A stretch of 63,558 bases of DNA from Deltaproteobacteria bacterium (GCA_015489315.1 WFZZ01000138.1:1-63558); one strand, 5' to 3'; positions 45,913-55,939 are shown, counted from the first letter of the stretch. The notes: generated from the sequence alone by a model not told the origin. Translations and numbers: made by a program.

Positions 45913-48483
45913 ATGCCAAAGTCACTCAGGTGGAAATTTCTTTTTCTGGCCTTTTTGATAATCTTTACCACAGTCTTATTGATTCCGTCTTTTTACCCGA
46001 ATACACCCGTCTGGTTCAAAAAATATGTTTACCAGGAAGGCCTGAAGCTTGGGCTTGACCTTCAGGGTGGAATGCACCTTATCCTCAAGGTAGATGTTGA
46101 TCAGGCAGTACGAAATGCAGCCCAGCTTGCAGCCCAGGATCTTAAGGATGCACTTAAGAGGCAGGGCATAACCATAGTTCGGAGGAAAAGCCAAAACCCT
46201 GATGAAATCCTTATTGCTGTCCCCAATAAAAGCGCCCTTGAAAGCATAAAAAAGGTAATAGAAGAAGATTTTCCAAATCTTACAATAAAAAAGATTGACG
46301 AAGAAAAGAAGTTTCCCACCATCACCCTTGCCCTTTCAAAAAATGAAGAACAGTTCATAAGGGATCATGCAGTTGAGCAATCCCTTGAGATAATAAGAAA
46401 CAGAATCGACCAGTTTGGTGTCACAGAACCAGTAATAGTAAGGCAGGGAGAAGATGAAATTGTTGTCCAACTTCCTGGAATAAAGGACCCCAAAAGGGCA
46501 ATCAAGCTCATTGGCCAGACGGCCCAGCTTGAATTTAAGCTTGTGGATGATGACGCAAATATTGATCTAGGAAGCCTCATAAGAAAAGCCATCTCTGATG
46601 GAAGGCTTCCGGCCCACTACAATGTAAAACAACTAAATGCGGTACTTAAGGGGCAAATACCTCCTGGAGACAGGATCTATTTTCTAAAAGAGGTGGATTC
46701 AAGAACTGGAACTATAAGGAATATCCCTATCCTTTTAAAGGATAAAACCCTTATGACAGGTGATGCAGTAAAGACTGCTCATGTCCGAATTGGTGGAACC
46801 TATAATGAACCCTATGTGGCCCTTGACCTTACAGACAGGGGGGCCAGGATCTTTGAAAAAATTACCGGAGAAAATGTAGGTAAAAGGCTTGCAATAGTCT
46901 TAGATGGTGTTGTTCGATCTGCCCCTGTAATTCGTGAAAAGATAGGTGGAGGTCATGCCCAGATATCCGGCTCTTTTACCCATGAAGAGGCGGCAGATCT
47001 TGCCATTGTCTTAAGGGCTGGAGCCCTTCCTGCACCTGTCAAAATCATTCAAAATGTCACAGTGGGACCGTCCCTTGGAAGGGATTCCATACAAAAGGGA
47101 CTTATTTCTGGTGTTGCAGGGGCCATCTTTGTAATCATATTCATGATCATCTATTACAGGCTTTCTGGCTTTATTGCCGATGTGGCTGTTATGCTGAATC
47201 TCCTTTTCCTGATGGCAGTCCTTGCCCTTTTCCAGGCCACATTAACCCTTCCTGGTATTGCAGGTATCATCCTCACAATAGGTATGGGAGTTGACTCCAA
47301 TGTCCTCATATTTGAAAGGATGAGGGAGGAAAAGGCCCTGGGAAAACCCCTTAAGGCCTTTATTGACGGTGGTTACGACAAGGCCTTTTGGACCATTGTT
47401 GATGCCCACGTAACCACCCTAATAACCGCGCTGGCACTCTTTCTCTTTGGGACAGGTCCCATTAAGGGTTTTGCCGTAACCCTTTCTGCAGGTATCATCA
47501 TTAACCTTTTTACAGCCATCTATGCCACCCGCTGGGTCTATGAATGGCTGATTTACAAAAATTCCATAAAAGACCTTTCCTTTCTCCAAATTGTTGGAAA
47601 GACCAACATAGATTTTATTGGAAAACGTAATATATCCCTTACAATCTCTGCAATTTTGGTTGCTACAGGAATATTTGCATTTATTCAGATAAATCGTGGG
47701 GCCGCCAACCTGGGAGTGGATTTTGCCGGTGGAACCATGGTCCAATATAAGGCCGATAAACCCTTTGGTCTTGAAAAGATAAGAAAGGTACTTTCAGATG
47801 CAGGTATTAAGGGATATACACTCCAGGAAGTTCCAAAGGAACACATTCTCATTGTAAGGGTCAAAAAATCTGTAAAGACGGTTGGAGACATCGAGGCTAA
47901 AATTACAGAGGCATTAAAGGCAATTCCTGATCTAAAATTTACCATTGAAAGCAAGACCGAAATTGGCTCAACTGTAAGCAAAGAACTTAGAAGAAAGGCC
48001 ATCATTGCAATCCTGATATCCCTTGCAGGTATTATTGGTTACCTTGCCTTTAGGTTCAACTTGAGCTTTGGAGTTGCTGCTGCCATTGCAACCTTCCATG
48101 ATGTTTTGGCAGTCCTTGGCACCTTTTATGTGTTAAACAGGGAAATAAACCTTTTGATTGTAACTGCCCTTTTGACCCTTGCCGGTTATTCCTTGACTGA
48201 TACAGTTGTTGTATTTGACAGGATAAGAGAGAATCTAAAGCGCTATCATAAAAAGTCCTTTGCAGATATTATCAATCGAAGCGTAAATGAGATGTTGAGC
48301 CGTACCATAATTACTTCCATAACAACCCTGATAGTTGTTATGGCCCTGTTTTTCTTTGGTGGTGTTGTGATACATGATTTTGCCTTTGCCCTTATGCTTG
48401 GAATAATTGTTGGTACATATTCCTCTGTCTTTGTTGCAAGTCCTATCGTTTATATTTGGCACAAGGGCAAGGCCCCAAAATAG
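45913..48483 (+). CDS. secDF: fused protein translocase subunit SecDF
   Basis: SecD-like GLDLQGGMHL and a periplasmic domain, followed by a second 6-TM SecF-like half, in one 856-aa ORF. Confidence 0.9.
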   Translation: MPKSLRWKFLFLAFLIIFTTVLLIPSFYPNTPVWFKKYVYQEGLKLGLDLQGGMHLILKVDVDQAVRNAAQLAAQDLKDALKRQGITIVRRKSQNPDEILIAVPNKSALESIKKVIEEDFPNLTIKKIDEEKKFPTITLALSKNEEQFIRDHAVEQSLEIIRNRIDQFGVTEPVIVRQGEDEIVVQLPGIKDPKRAIKLIGQTAQLEFKLVDDDANIDLGSLIRKAISDGRLPAHYNVKQLNAVLKGQIPPGDRIYFLKEVDSRTGTIRNIPILLKDKTLMTGDAVKTAHVRIGGTYNEPYVALDLTDRGARIFEKITGENVGKRLAIVLDGVVRSAPVIREKIGGGHAQISGSFTHEEAADLAIVLRAGALPAPVKIIQNVTVGPSLGRDSIQKGLISGVAGAIFVIIFMIIYYRLSGFIADVAVMLNLLFLMAVLALFQATLTLPGIAGIILTIGMGVDSNVLIFERMREEKALGKPLKAFIDGGYDKAFWTIVDAHVTTLITALALFLFGTGPIKGFAVTLSAGIIINLFTAIYATRWVYEWLIYKNSIKDLSFLQIVGKTNIDFIGKRNISLTISAILVATGIFAFIQINRGAANLGVDFAGGTMVQYKADKPFGLEKIRKVLSDAGIKGYTLQEVPKEHILIVRVKKSVKTVGDIEAKITEALKAIPDLKFTIESKTEIGSTVSKELRRKAIIAILISLAGIIGYLAFRFNLSFGVAAAIATFHDVLAVLGTFYVLNREINLLIVTALLTLAGYSLTDTVVVFDRIRENLKRYHKKSFADIINRSVNEMLSRTIITSITTLIVVMALFFFGGVVIHDFAFALMLGIIVGTYSSVFVASPIVYIWHKGKAPK

Positions 48484-48527
48484 CTAAAGCCTTTTCATAG
48501 GCACATTTCATATTCTGCTATGAAAAC

Positions 48528-49802
48528 ATGGAACATATTGAAATAAAGGGTGGGCACAGGCTTTCAGGAACAGTCAGAATTAGTGGAGCCAAAAATGCTG
48601 CCCTTCCCATTTTGGCTGCGACCCTTCTCGCACCAGGAAAGTTCCAGCTACATGAGGTCCCTCAGTTAGAGGATGTAAAGATATTTTTAAGGCTTTTACA
48701 AGAACTGGGTGTAAAATGGGAAAGGACCTCGGACCACTCCCTTGAAATTGATTCCTCAGGCCTTAAGAATTTTGAAGCACCATATGACCTTGTAAGACTC
48801 ATGAGGGCCTCTATCTTAGTCCTTGGCCCTTTGGTGGCAAGACTTGGAAGGGCAAGGGTTGCCCTTCCAGGAGGATGTGCCATTGGAGCCCGCCCCATTG
48901 ACCTTCATCTCAAAGGCCTTGAGCTTATGGGAGCAAAACTAAAAATTAAAGAAGGATTTGTAGAAGCAAAGGCCAAAAGACTAAATGGTGCAACTATTTA
49001 TTTTGACATAACCTCTGTAACAGGGACAGAAAATCTAATGATGGCCGCCTCCCTTGCCAAGGGTAAAACCATCCTTGAAAATGCTGCCAGGGAGCCAGAG
49101 GTCGTTGCCCTTGGAGAGCTTCTTTTGCAAATGGGCGCAAAAATAAAAGGGCTAGGAACTGACACAATAACAATCGAGGGCTCAAAAGAACTTAAAGCAG
49201 TGGATTGGACCATAATACCTGATCGAATAGAGGCAGGAACCTTTTTAATGGCTGTTGGAGCAGCTGGAGGAAAACTTATTATCGAAAATTGCATACCATC
49301 TCACCTTGACGCAGTGCTTGAAAAGCTAAAAAATGCCGGTCTAAAAATAGATATTATTGACAAGGACAAAATTGGAGTGCAGCGGCGGGGCAAACTAAAG
49401 AGCATTGACATAAAGACCCAGCCCTATCCAGGGTTTCCAACGGATCTTCAGGCTCAGATAATGGTTCTTATGTCAATAGCAAGTGGGCTTAGTGTCATAA
49501 CCGAGACCATATTTGAAAATAGATTCATGCATGTTGCTGAACTTAGACGCCTTGGGGCAGATATCAAGGTTGAAGGCAGAAATGCAATTGTAAGAGGTGT
49601 CTCAGAGCTAACAGGAGCCCCTGTTATGGCGACGGATCTTAGGGCAAGCGCAAGCCTTATCCTTGCAGGTCTTAGTGCAAAGGGAACTACAATAATTCAG
49701 GGTCTGAATCATCTTGACAGGGGATACGAACGAATAGATAAAAAGCTTTCAGCAGTTGGAGCAAGGATAAAACGTTTAAAAAATGGCAAAGAAATCACTT
49801 AA
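48528..49802 (+). CDS. murA: UDP-N-acetylglucosamine 1-carboxyvinyltransferase
   Basis: ISGAKNAALPILAA, PGGCAIGARPIDLH and HLDRGYE. Confidence 0.93.
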   Translation: MEHIEIKGGHRLSGTVRISGAKNAALPILAATLLAPGKFQLHEVPQLEDVKIFLRLLQELGVKWERTSDHSLEIDSSGLKNFEAPYDLVRLMRASILVLGPLVARLGRARVALPGGCAIGARPIDLHLKGLELMGAKLKIKEGFVEAKAKRLNGATIYFDITSVTGTENLMMAASLAKGKTILENAAREPEVVALGELLLQMGAKIKGLGTDTITIEGSKELKAVDWTIIPDRIEAGTFLMAVGAAGGKLIIENCIPSHLDAVLEKLKNAGLKIDIIDKDKIGVQRRGKLKSIDIKTQPYPGFPTDLQAQIMVLMSIASGLSVITETIFENRFMHVAELRRLGADIKVEGRNAIVRGVSELTGAPVMATDLRASASLILAGLSAKGTTIIQGLNHLDRGYERIDKKLSAVGARIKRLKNGKEIT

Positions 49803-49810
49803 ATGGCCAA

Positions 49811-50809
49811 ATGAATAGACCAGTTTTAAAAGATTCCTTCGGAAGAGCCATTACTTATCTCCGTCTTTCTATCACTGATAGATGTAATCTGAGATGTTTC
49901 TATTGTATGCCCCAGGCCCAGTTTAACTGGATGCCCCCTGAACATATACTGAGATTTGAAGAAATCATTCAAATTGTAAGGGTATTGGCTCGCATTGGCA
50001 TAAAAAAAGTGCGCCTTACAGGTGGTGAACCCCTGGTAAGGAAGGATGCCTTAAATCTTATAAAAAGTGTTTCCAGCCTTGAAGGTATCAAAAAGATATG
50101 CCTTACAACAAATGGAATACTTTTGGCAGAAATGGCTAAAGACCTCTTTGAGACCGGCCTTCGCCACATAAATATCAGTCTGGATACCCTCAAACCTGAA
50201 AAATTTGAGACAATCACAGGGAGGGATTTTTTCAAAAGCGTATGGCATGGAATTGAAAATTGCTTGAATCTAGGCTTTGACCCCATAAAGATCAATTTTG
50301 TCATGATGAAAGGGAAAAATGACGATGAGATTACAGAATTTGCAAGACTTACTCAAAAATACCCTTTGGAGGTCCGATTTATAGAGTTTATGCCAATCGG
50401 TGAAATGTCAAAGTGGAAAAAGGACCTTTTTATTTCTTCAGATGAGGCTAAGGCCCTTATCGAAAAAGAGGTGGACAGGTTAACTCCACTTGAAAGAAAA
50501 GTTGGAGCCGGCCCTGCCGACCTCTATTCATTTAATAACTCACCTGGTAAAATAGGTTTTATCAGCCCTCTCAGTCATAAGTTTTGTTCTAGTTGTAATA
50601 GGATCAGAATCAGGGCTGATGGAAGGCTAAGGCTTTGTCTATTTTCAGATCAAGAAATCGACCTTTTGGGCCTCATCAGAAGGGGCATAAGTGACCGGGA
50701 GCTGACTGAATTTTTCATTGATGCAATTAACAAAAAGCCTGCAAAGTATCTTGAGAATAGCCTGCATATTCCCAGTTGTAAAAGACAGATGTCAACAATT
50801 GGAGGATAA
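49811..50809 (+). CDS. moaA: GTP 3',8-cyclase MoaA
   Basis: CNLRCFYCMP radical SAM motif, second cluster CSSCNRIR, and a C-terminal GG. Confidence 0.92.
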   Translation: MNRPVLKDSFGRAITYLRLSITDRCNLRCFYCMPQAQFNWMPPEHILRFEEIIQIVRVLARIGIKKVRLTGGEPLVRKDALNLIKSVSSLEGIKKICLTTNGILLAEMAKDLFETGLRHINISLDTLKPEKFETITGRDFFKSVWHGIENCLNLGFDPIKINFVMMKGKNDDEITEFARLTQKYPLEVRFIEFMPIGEMSKWKKDLFISSDEAKALIEKEVDRLTPLERKVGAGPADLYSFNNSPGKIGFISPLSHKFCSSCNRIRIRADGRLRLCLFSDQEIDLLGLIRRGISDRELTEFFIDAINKKPAKYLENSLHIPSCKRQMSTIGG

Positions 50810-50827
50810 AAACAACAGGAGGAACGT

Positions 50828-51280
50828 ATGATAATTCTGGAAGATCTCCTTTATACAGAGGAACATATATGGGTTAAACCTGATAGCGACCAGGAAAAGG
50901 CAATTATAGGTATCACAGACTACGGCCAGGAGAGGATTGGTGCAATTACATCCATTGACCTTCCCAGCCCTGGAGATGAATTTGTTGAGGCCGACTCCTT
51001 TGCCACTATTGAAAACAGTGTCGGAGAAGTTACTGAGCTCCTTTGTCCTATATCAGGAAGGGTCTTGACTGTAAATGAGATGCTGATGGATACACCAGAG
51101 TCAATAAATGATGACCCTTATGATGACGGCTGGATCATGGTTATGGAAATTGCCCAGCCAGAAGAGCTTGATGATCTTATGTCCCCGGAAGATTATGAAA
51201 AATATGTGGAAGAGCTAAAAATAAAGGATGAAGAAATGCTCCAAGAAGAAGACGAAGATGTTCTGGAGGTTGAAGAATAA
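50828..51280 (+). CDS. GcvH-like lipoyl-domain protein lacking the lipoyl-lysine, with an acidic tail
   Basis: YTEEHIWV, GITDYGQE and PISG match GcvH. Gly65 sits where the conserved Lys is expected (ENSVGEVTEL). There is no Lys between residues 25 and 124. Confidence 0.75.
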   Translation: MIILEDLLYTEEHIWVKPDSDQEKAIIGITDYGQERIGAITSIDLPSPGDEFVEADSFATIENSVGEVTELLCPISGRVLTVNEMLMDTPESINDDPYDDGWIMVMEIAQPEELDDLMSPEDYEKYVEELKIKDEEMLQEEDEDVLEVEE

Positions 51281-52227
51281 TGGCAAAGGTGGCCTTTTTA
51301 TTTCCTGGGCAGGGTTCCCAATATATTGGCATGGGGAAAAAACTCCTGGATGAAGATCAAAGTGCAAATTCTATCTTTAAAGAGGCCGAAAGGATTACCG
51401 GCATCTCTATAAAATCTCTTTGTCTAAATGGTCCTATGGAAGAACTTACAAGGACCGTGAACCTCCAACCCTCACTTACAACACTTGAAATCGCCCTTTC
51501 AAACCATTTGATGGAAAGGGGAATCGAACCAGATGCAGTATCAGGCCATAGCCTAGGTGAGTATCCAGCCCTATGGATATCTGGTGTCCTCAATCTTTCA
51601 TCATGTCTTCACCTTGTAAAAGAAAGGGGACGGCTTATGGACATGGCATCTGAAAAAAATCCAGGTGCCATGGCTGCCATAATAGGAATGGAAGCAAAGG
51701 ATTTAAGATCTTTAATAGATGAAATTTCTGAATATGGAAAAAAGGGCGTTCTGAGCCTTGCAAATCATAACTCAAGGGAACAGATTGTTGCAACCGGTGA
51801 AAAGGGACTTATAAATGACCTTTGTAAAAAGGTAAAAGAGATAGGTAAAAGGGCCATTCCCCTAAAAGTTTCTGGGGCATACCACAGCCCACTTATGAAG
51901 GAGGCTTCAAAGGCCTTTGAAAAGACTTTACAAAATGTCACCTTTAATTCACCTAAATTTGCCTTTTACTCCAATGTAACAGCAGCACCAGAAAAAGACC
52001 CGGAAAGAATCAAACAACTTATGGCAGAACAAATCTATTCCCAAGTCCTTTGGTATGACATCATTAATAACATGGTGTCAGAAGGTATTGATACCTTTAT
52101 TGAAGTTGGCCCCAAAAGGGTTCTAGCCAACTTGGTGAAAAAGTGTATAGATCCTCAAGGGGTAAAGATTTTGAATTTTGAATCTCCAGATGACATGGAT
52201 GAAATCCAAGCTGCAATAAGGAGTTAA
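51280..52227 (+). CDS. fabD: malonyl-CoA:ACP transacylase
   Basis: FPGQGSQYIGMG and GHSLGEY. Confidence 0.92.
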   Translation: MAKVAFLFPGQGSQYIGMGKKLLDEDQSANSIFKEAERITGISIKSLCLNGPMEELTRTVNLQPSLTTLEIALSNHLMERGIEPDAVSGHSLGEYPALWISGVLNLSSCLHLVKERGRLMDMASEKNPGAMAAIIGMEAKDLRSLIDEISEYGKKGVLSLANHNSREQIVATGEKGLINDLCKKVKEIGKRAIPLKVSGAYHSPLMKEASKAFEKTLQNVTFNSPKFAFYSNVTAAPEKDPERIKQLMAEQIYSQVLWYDIINNMVSEGIDTFIEVGPKRVLANLVKKCIDPQGVKILNFESPDDMDEIQAAIRS

Positions 52228-52232
52228 ACTGT

Positions 52233-52433
52233 ATGTTTTTCTTTGGAAAAAGGCCCAAGCTTAATATAAAATGCAAAATCTGTGGAGATGAACTTGAACT
52301 TTGCAGACGGTGAAGAATTGTGGCCTTGAGGTGCCAAGGCTGTGGAAAATTCTTCTCCATAAGGGATTATGCGGATGAAATGACTGATGAACTGGCCGAA
52401 CTTTTGGCCTTTACACGGGTTGATAGGATCTAA
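52233..52433 (+). CDS. candidate small Cys-pair selenoprotein (66 codons, in-frame UGA at 52311-52313)
   Basis: AAGGAG lies 9 nt upstream of ATG 52233. Translation: MFFFGKRPKLNIKCKICGDELELCRR-U-RIVALRCQGCGKFFSIRDYADEMTDELAELLAFTRVDRI. The UGA completes a CRRU motif between CKIC and CQGC, and a hairpin follows. Confidence 0.5.
52318..52345 (+). promoter_or_regulatory. SECIS-like hairpin downstream of the in-frame UGA
   Basis: Core stem GCCUUG (52323-52328) pairs with CAAGGC (52335-52340), with loop AGGUGC. The stem can be extended by G-U pairs. The core starts 10 nt after the UGA. Confidence 0.4.
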
Positions 52434-53311
52434 TGAACAAGTCTATGGACAGGAACAATGTCAATATCCCTTTTTATATGAGGAAGTTCCTCGTATAAAA
52501 CGTCAAAGGTATTCTTTAAAGGGTGTCCAATTGCGATAACTTCGCCTTTTTTCTTGGACAAGATCATAAGCCTTTTAATTTGTTGGTATATTTTTTTCTT
52601 AGAAAAACTATGATCCAAAAAAACCGTCCTTTGGGCACACGGGAGGCCCATTTTCTTAGCAACTGCGTAAGCAACAGTATCCTTTGTGGTGCGACTGTCC
52701 ACAAAAAAAAGCCCCTCTTCCTTTAAGAAGGCAAGTACTATTTGCATCTTTTCCTTATCCTTTGTAAATGCAGAACCCATGTGATTATTGACACCTTTAG
52801 CATATGGAACAGCCAAAAGATCCTTCTTTATAGTAGCAATTATCTCGTCAAATCCCATATCCAGAGTCAAAACCCCTGGTCCAGGGTTCAGTCCTTTATT
52901 TTCAGGCTCCATTGGTAGATGAACCAGGACGTCGTGTCCTGTTCTTGACGCCTCCTTTGCAAGTAGCTTGGTAAAAGGGGCAAAGGGCAAAAAGGCAACG
53001 GATATGTTCGGGTCAATCTCTAAAAATCGCCTGTCCATTGAAAGATCATAGCCCATGTCATCAATAATGATTGCCACCTTTGGCCTTTGAACTATCTTTT
53101 TTTTCTTAAACTGTGGCGGGGTTTCAGGGGCTTTTGAAAATTCTTCAAGGGGTGGACGATCTGGCTTAATACCCTTTGGATAAGGAAGCAAATACAAAAG
53201 GGCAAGGGGCAGGGCTACAATGGCAAGAAGAATAATCCTTAAGGCAAGGCCTGCAAATCTTCTGGAACCTTGGCTCTTCTTAGCCTTCCGGCCTTGCCTC
53301 TTCTTTGCCAC
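52430..53311 (-). CDS. divergent polysaccharide deacetylase family protein (YibQ-like)
   Basis: N-terminal anchor, VAIIIDDMGY and GVNNHMGS. Confidence 0.8.
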   Translation of the reverse strand: MAKKRQGRKAKKSQGSRRFAGLALRIILLAIVALPLALLYLLPYPKGIKPDRPPLEEFSKAPETPPQFKKKKIVQRPKVAIIIDDMGYDLSMDRRFLEIDPNISVAFLPFAPFTKLLAKEASRTGHDVLVHLPMEPENKGLNPGPGVLTLDMGFDEIIATIKKDLLAVPYAKGVNNHMGSAFTKDKEKMQIVLAFLKEEGLFFVDSRTTKDTVAYAVAKKMGLPCAQRTVFLDHSFSKKKIYQQIKRLMILSKKKGEVIAIGHPLKNTFDVLYEELPHIKRDIDIVPVHRLVH

Positions 53312-53339
53312 GCCCTTAAATGAGGAAAAAGAATATCAA

Positions 53340-54695
53340 TTAATTTTTAACCTTCATTTTCTCAAAAATGGAAAAGGCCTTTAAAATTCTAAGGGCTTCC
53401 CTTAGTTGATTGTCTTTTTTAAGAAGCTTTTCAACATCCTTTGAAGCCTTAGACTTGTTCTGTCCATTACCCTCTTTATTCTTTTGCTTGCCCTCGCCGT
53501 CACCCTTTAAATGGCCTTCAAGGTCCTTTTCTTTTAGGAAATGAAAAACATCCTCTTCGGTCTTCTGCTTTTTCTCTGGAATGATGAAGGGCACAATTAT
53601 ATCTGGGGTGATGCCCTTTGCCTGAATGGACCTTCCACTTGGAGTATAATAACGAGCTGTGGTAAGTCTTATGGCTGCACCACCTTCAAGGGGAATTATT
53701 GTCTGGACAGACCCTTTTCCAAAGGTCTGGGTCCCCACAATTATTGCCCTTTTATTATCCTGTAATGCCCCTGCGACAATCTCTGAAGCACTAGCACTAC
53801 CTCCATTTACAAGCACAACAAGTGGGTAATCGTGATGATCAATATTTGGTTTAGCTGTAAACCTCATCCTTTGATCCATAAGCCTTCCATCAGTATATAC
53901 TATGAGACCAGACTCCAAAAATTCGTCACTCACCTTAACTGCCTGATCCAAAAGCCCGCCTGGATTGTTTCTCAAATCAAGGACGAGGCCCTTAAGTCCC
54001 TTTTTATCTTCCAGCTTTTTTAGAGCCTTTCTGAGTTCATCACCTGTTTTGGCCTGGAAATTGGAAATACGGACATATCCATAACCGTCTTCGAGAATCT
54101 TTGAACGGACACTTCTAATGGGAATGACATCTCTTGTGATGGTTATGTCCTTAAGTTTATTCCAGCCCTGCCTGTAGATGGATATTGTAACCTTGGTCCC
54201 CTTTGGACCTCTTAAAAGCTTAACAGCCTGGATCAAGGTCATATTCTTTGTGCTCTTACCATTTATCTTTAATATCTTATCATTGGCCCGAATTCCGGCT
54301 CTGAAGGCAGGCGTACCTTCAATGGGTGAAACTACGGTTAAGACACCATCCTTTATGGTTATCTCAATTCCAATACCAGTAAACTTACCCTTTGTCTCCA
54401 CCTGTAATTCTTTAAAATCCTCTGGTTTCATAAAGGCAGAATGAGGGTCGAGGGAACTTAACATGCCTTGAATGGCACCATATATCAACTTTTTTGCGGT
54501 GACTGGTTCTACATAATTTCTTTCTACCAAATCAAGGACCTGGGAAAAGAGCTTTAGCTGATGATAGGTTGAATCATCTTCTTCATTGGCTATCGCAATA
54601 CCGAAGGGTTTAATTTCAATATTTATGAAAACAAAAGCTGCCACAAAAAAAATTGCCAGAAGATATAAAATAGACTGCTTTCTAGTAAGTTTCAT
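53340..54695 (-). CDS. ctpA: carboxy-terminal processing protease (S41A) with PDZ domain
   Basis: GIGIEI, PAFRAGI (PDZ), GGSASASEIVAGALQD and TFGKGSVQ. Confidence 0.9.
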   Translation of the reverse strand: MKLTRKQSILYLLAIFFVAAFVFINIEIKPFGIAIANEEDDSTYHQLKLFSQVLDLVERNYVEPVTAKKLIYGAIQGMLSSLDPHSAFMKPEDFKELQVETKGKFTGIGIEITIKDGVLTVVSPIEGTPAFRAGIRANDKILKINGKSTKNMTLIQAVKLLRGPKGTKVTISIYRQGWNKLKDITITRDVIPIRSVRSKILEDGYGYVRISNFQAKTGDELRKALKKLEDKKGLKGLVLDLRNNPGGLLDQAVKVSDEFLESGLIVYTDGRLMDQRMRFTAKPNIDHHDYPLVVLVNGGSASASEIVAGALQDNKRAIIVGTQTFGKGSVQTIIPLEGGAAIRLTTARYYTPSGRSIQAKGITPDIIVPFIIPEKKQKTEEDVFHFLKEKDLEGHLKGDGEGKQKNKEGNGQNKSKASKDVEKLLKKDNQLREALRILKAFSIFEKMKVKN

Positions 54696-54757
54696 CTTTG
54701 TACCTCTTTTTGGAATTGCAAACCAGCACCCCGGATGGGAAGCTACATATATTTAAT

Positions 54758-55939
54758 CTATCTATACACTATTTCAATACCTCTTAGGTCAAACCATGAT
54801 ATTGTCTTAAGCTGACGACCATCTTTTCTTATTTCAATATAAACTCCCTCATTTACCCAAGGGCCTCCTCCTGAAAGGCCTATTACCTCGCCTTCAGCAA
54901 TATCTTCTCCAACATTTTTTGTAAAATTTTGCCCTTGGGCAATTAAACTCATATAACCAGAACCGTGATCTACAATAAAAACCTTACCATAGCCTGGAAG
55001 TGAATCATTATAAACCACCTTCCCATCGAAGATGGCTCTTATTTGGCTACCCCAAGGAGATTCAACTACCAATCCTCTAAAGGCATTCTTATTTTTAAAC
55101 AAAATGACTTTCCCTTGAACTGGTAGATTCAAACGGCCCTTTTGGGCTGAAAATGAAAACTGATCTTCCTTACTTTGTTGTTTTACTGCTGCAGCTTCTG
55201 CTTGAGCCTTTAAAGTCAGCTCGTCAATTACCCTTTTAAGCTTTCTTTTTGCCTTCATAAGCTGGGCAATCATACGTTGATAACGCCTTTTTTGCCCTTT
55301 AAGACTCTCAAGATATTTTCTTTTCTCTTTCTTTCTCTCTTCTAAAAGATGGGCCTCCTTTTCAAGCCTTTTGGTCATGGCCTTTAAAAGAATTTGTCTC
55401 TCTCTAAGTTCTTTTTCTTTTTTTGATAGTACCCTAAGAGCTCTAACATACTCTTTCCTTTTTTTAGAATCCTCATCTAAAATAAGCTTCAAATACTGCC
55501 TTCTTGCCAAAAGACCTGGCAACGACTCAGATTCAAAAAGGATATTAAGAAAACCAATCTCACCAAGTTGTCTGTATGCATTAAGCCTCATTTCAATAAA
55601 GTGTTTAAGGGAAGAAACCTCCTTTTTAATTTGAGAAAGCTCTTTTTTTGTCTCTTCAAGTGAAAGTTCTGCTTCGGTCCACTCCCTTTTGGCCTTGTCA
55701 AGGCTTTCCCACTGTAAGGCTATATTTTTATCAAGTTTTTCAAGCTCTGAGAGCACATCCTCTTCTAGCCTTTCCACCCTTCTTTTTTTTCTAACCTTTG
55801 CCTTTAAGGAACTTTCTAGTTGCTCCATCTTTTTCTGATGGATCTCTAATTCTTGGTTAATAATATTGGTTTGGGAAAAAGATGGACTGGGAAATAAAAA
55901 AATAAGAAACGAGAATATGAAAATAGATACCTTTTTCAT
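54758..55939 (-). CDS. envC: murein hydrolase activator EnvC-like (coiled coil plus LytM/M23 domain)
   Basis: Signal peptide after ATG 55939, long Lys/Glu coiled coil, and C-terminal GYGKVFIVDHGSGYMSLIAQ. The ORF-track start at 56059 overlaps ftsX. Confidence 0.8.
   Translation of the reverse strand: MKKVSIFIFSFLIFLFPSPSFSQTNIINQELEIHQKKMEQLESSLKAKVRKKRRVERLEEDVLSELEKLDKNIALQWESLDKAKREWTEAELSLEETKKELSQIKKEVSSLKHFIEMRLNAYRQLGEIGFLNILFESESLPGLLARRQYLKLILDEDSKKRKEYVRALRVLSKKEKELRERQILLKAMTKRLEKEAHLLEERKKEKRKYLESLKGQKRRYQRMIAQLMKAKRKLKRVIDELTLKAQAEAAAVKQQSKEDQFSFSAQKGRLNLPVQGKVILFKNKNAFRGLVVESPWGSQIRAIFDGKVVYNDSLPGYGKVFIVDHGSGYMSLIAQGQNFTKNVGEDIAEGEVIGLSGGGPWVNEGVYIEIRKDGRQLKTISWFDLRGIEIVYR

Noticed and set aside
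52097-52360. 87-aa minus-strand ORF covering the fabD 3' end and the fabD/yibQ gap.
   Set aside because: It is antisense to fabD, has no RBS, and its product is Ser/Leu-rich with no motif. The + strand read-through ORF with RBS, Cys pairs and hairpin explains the region better.
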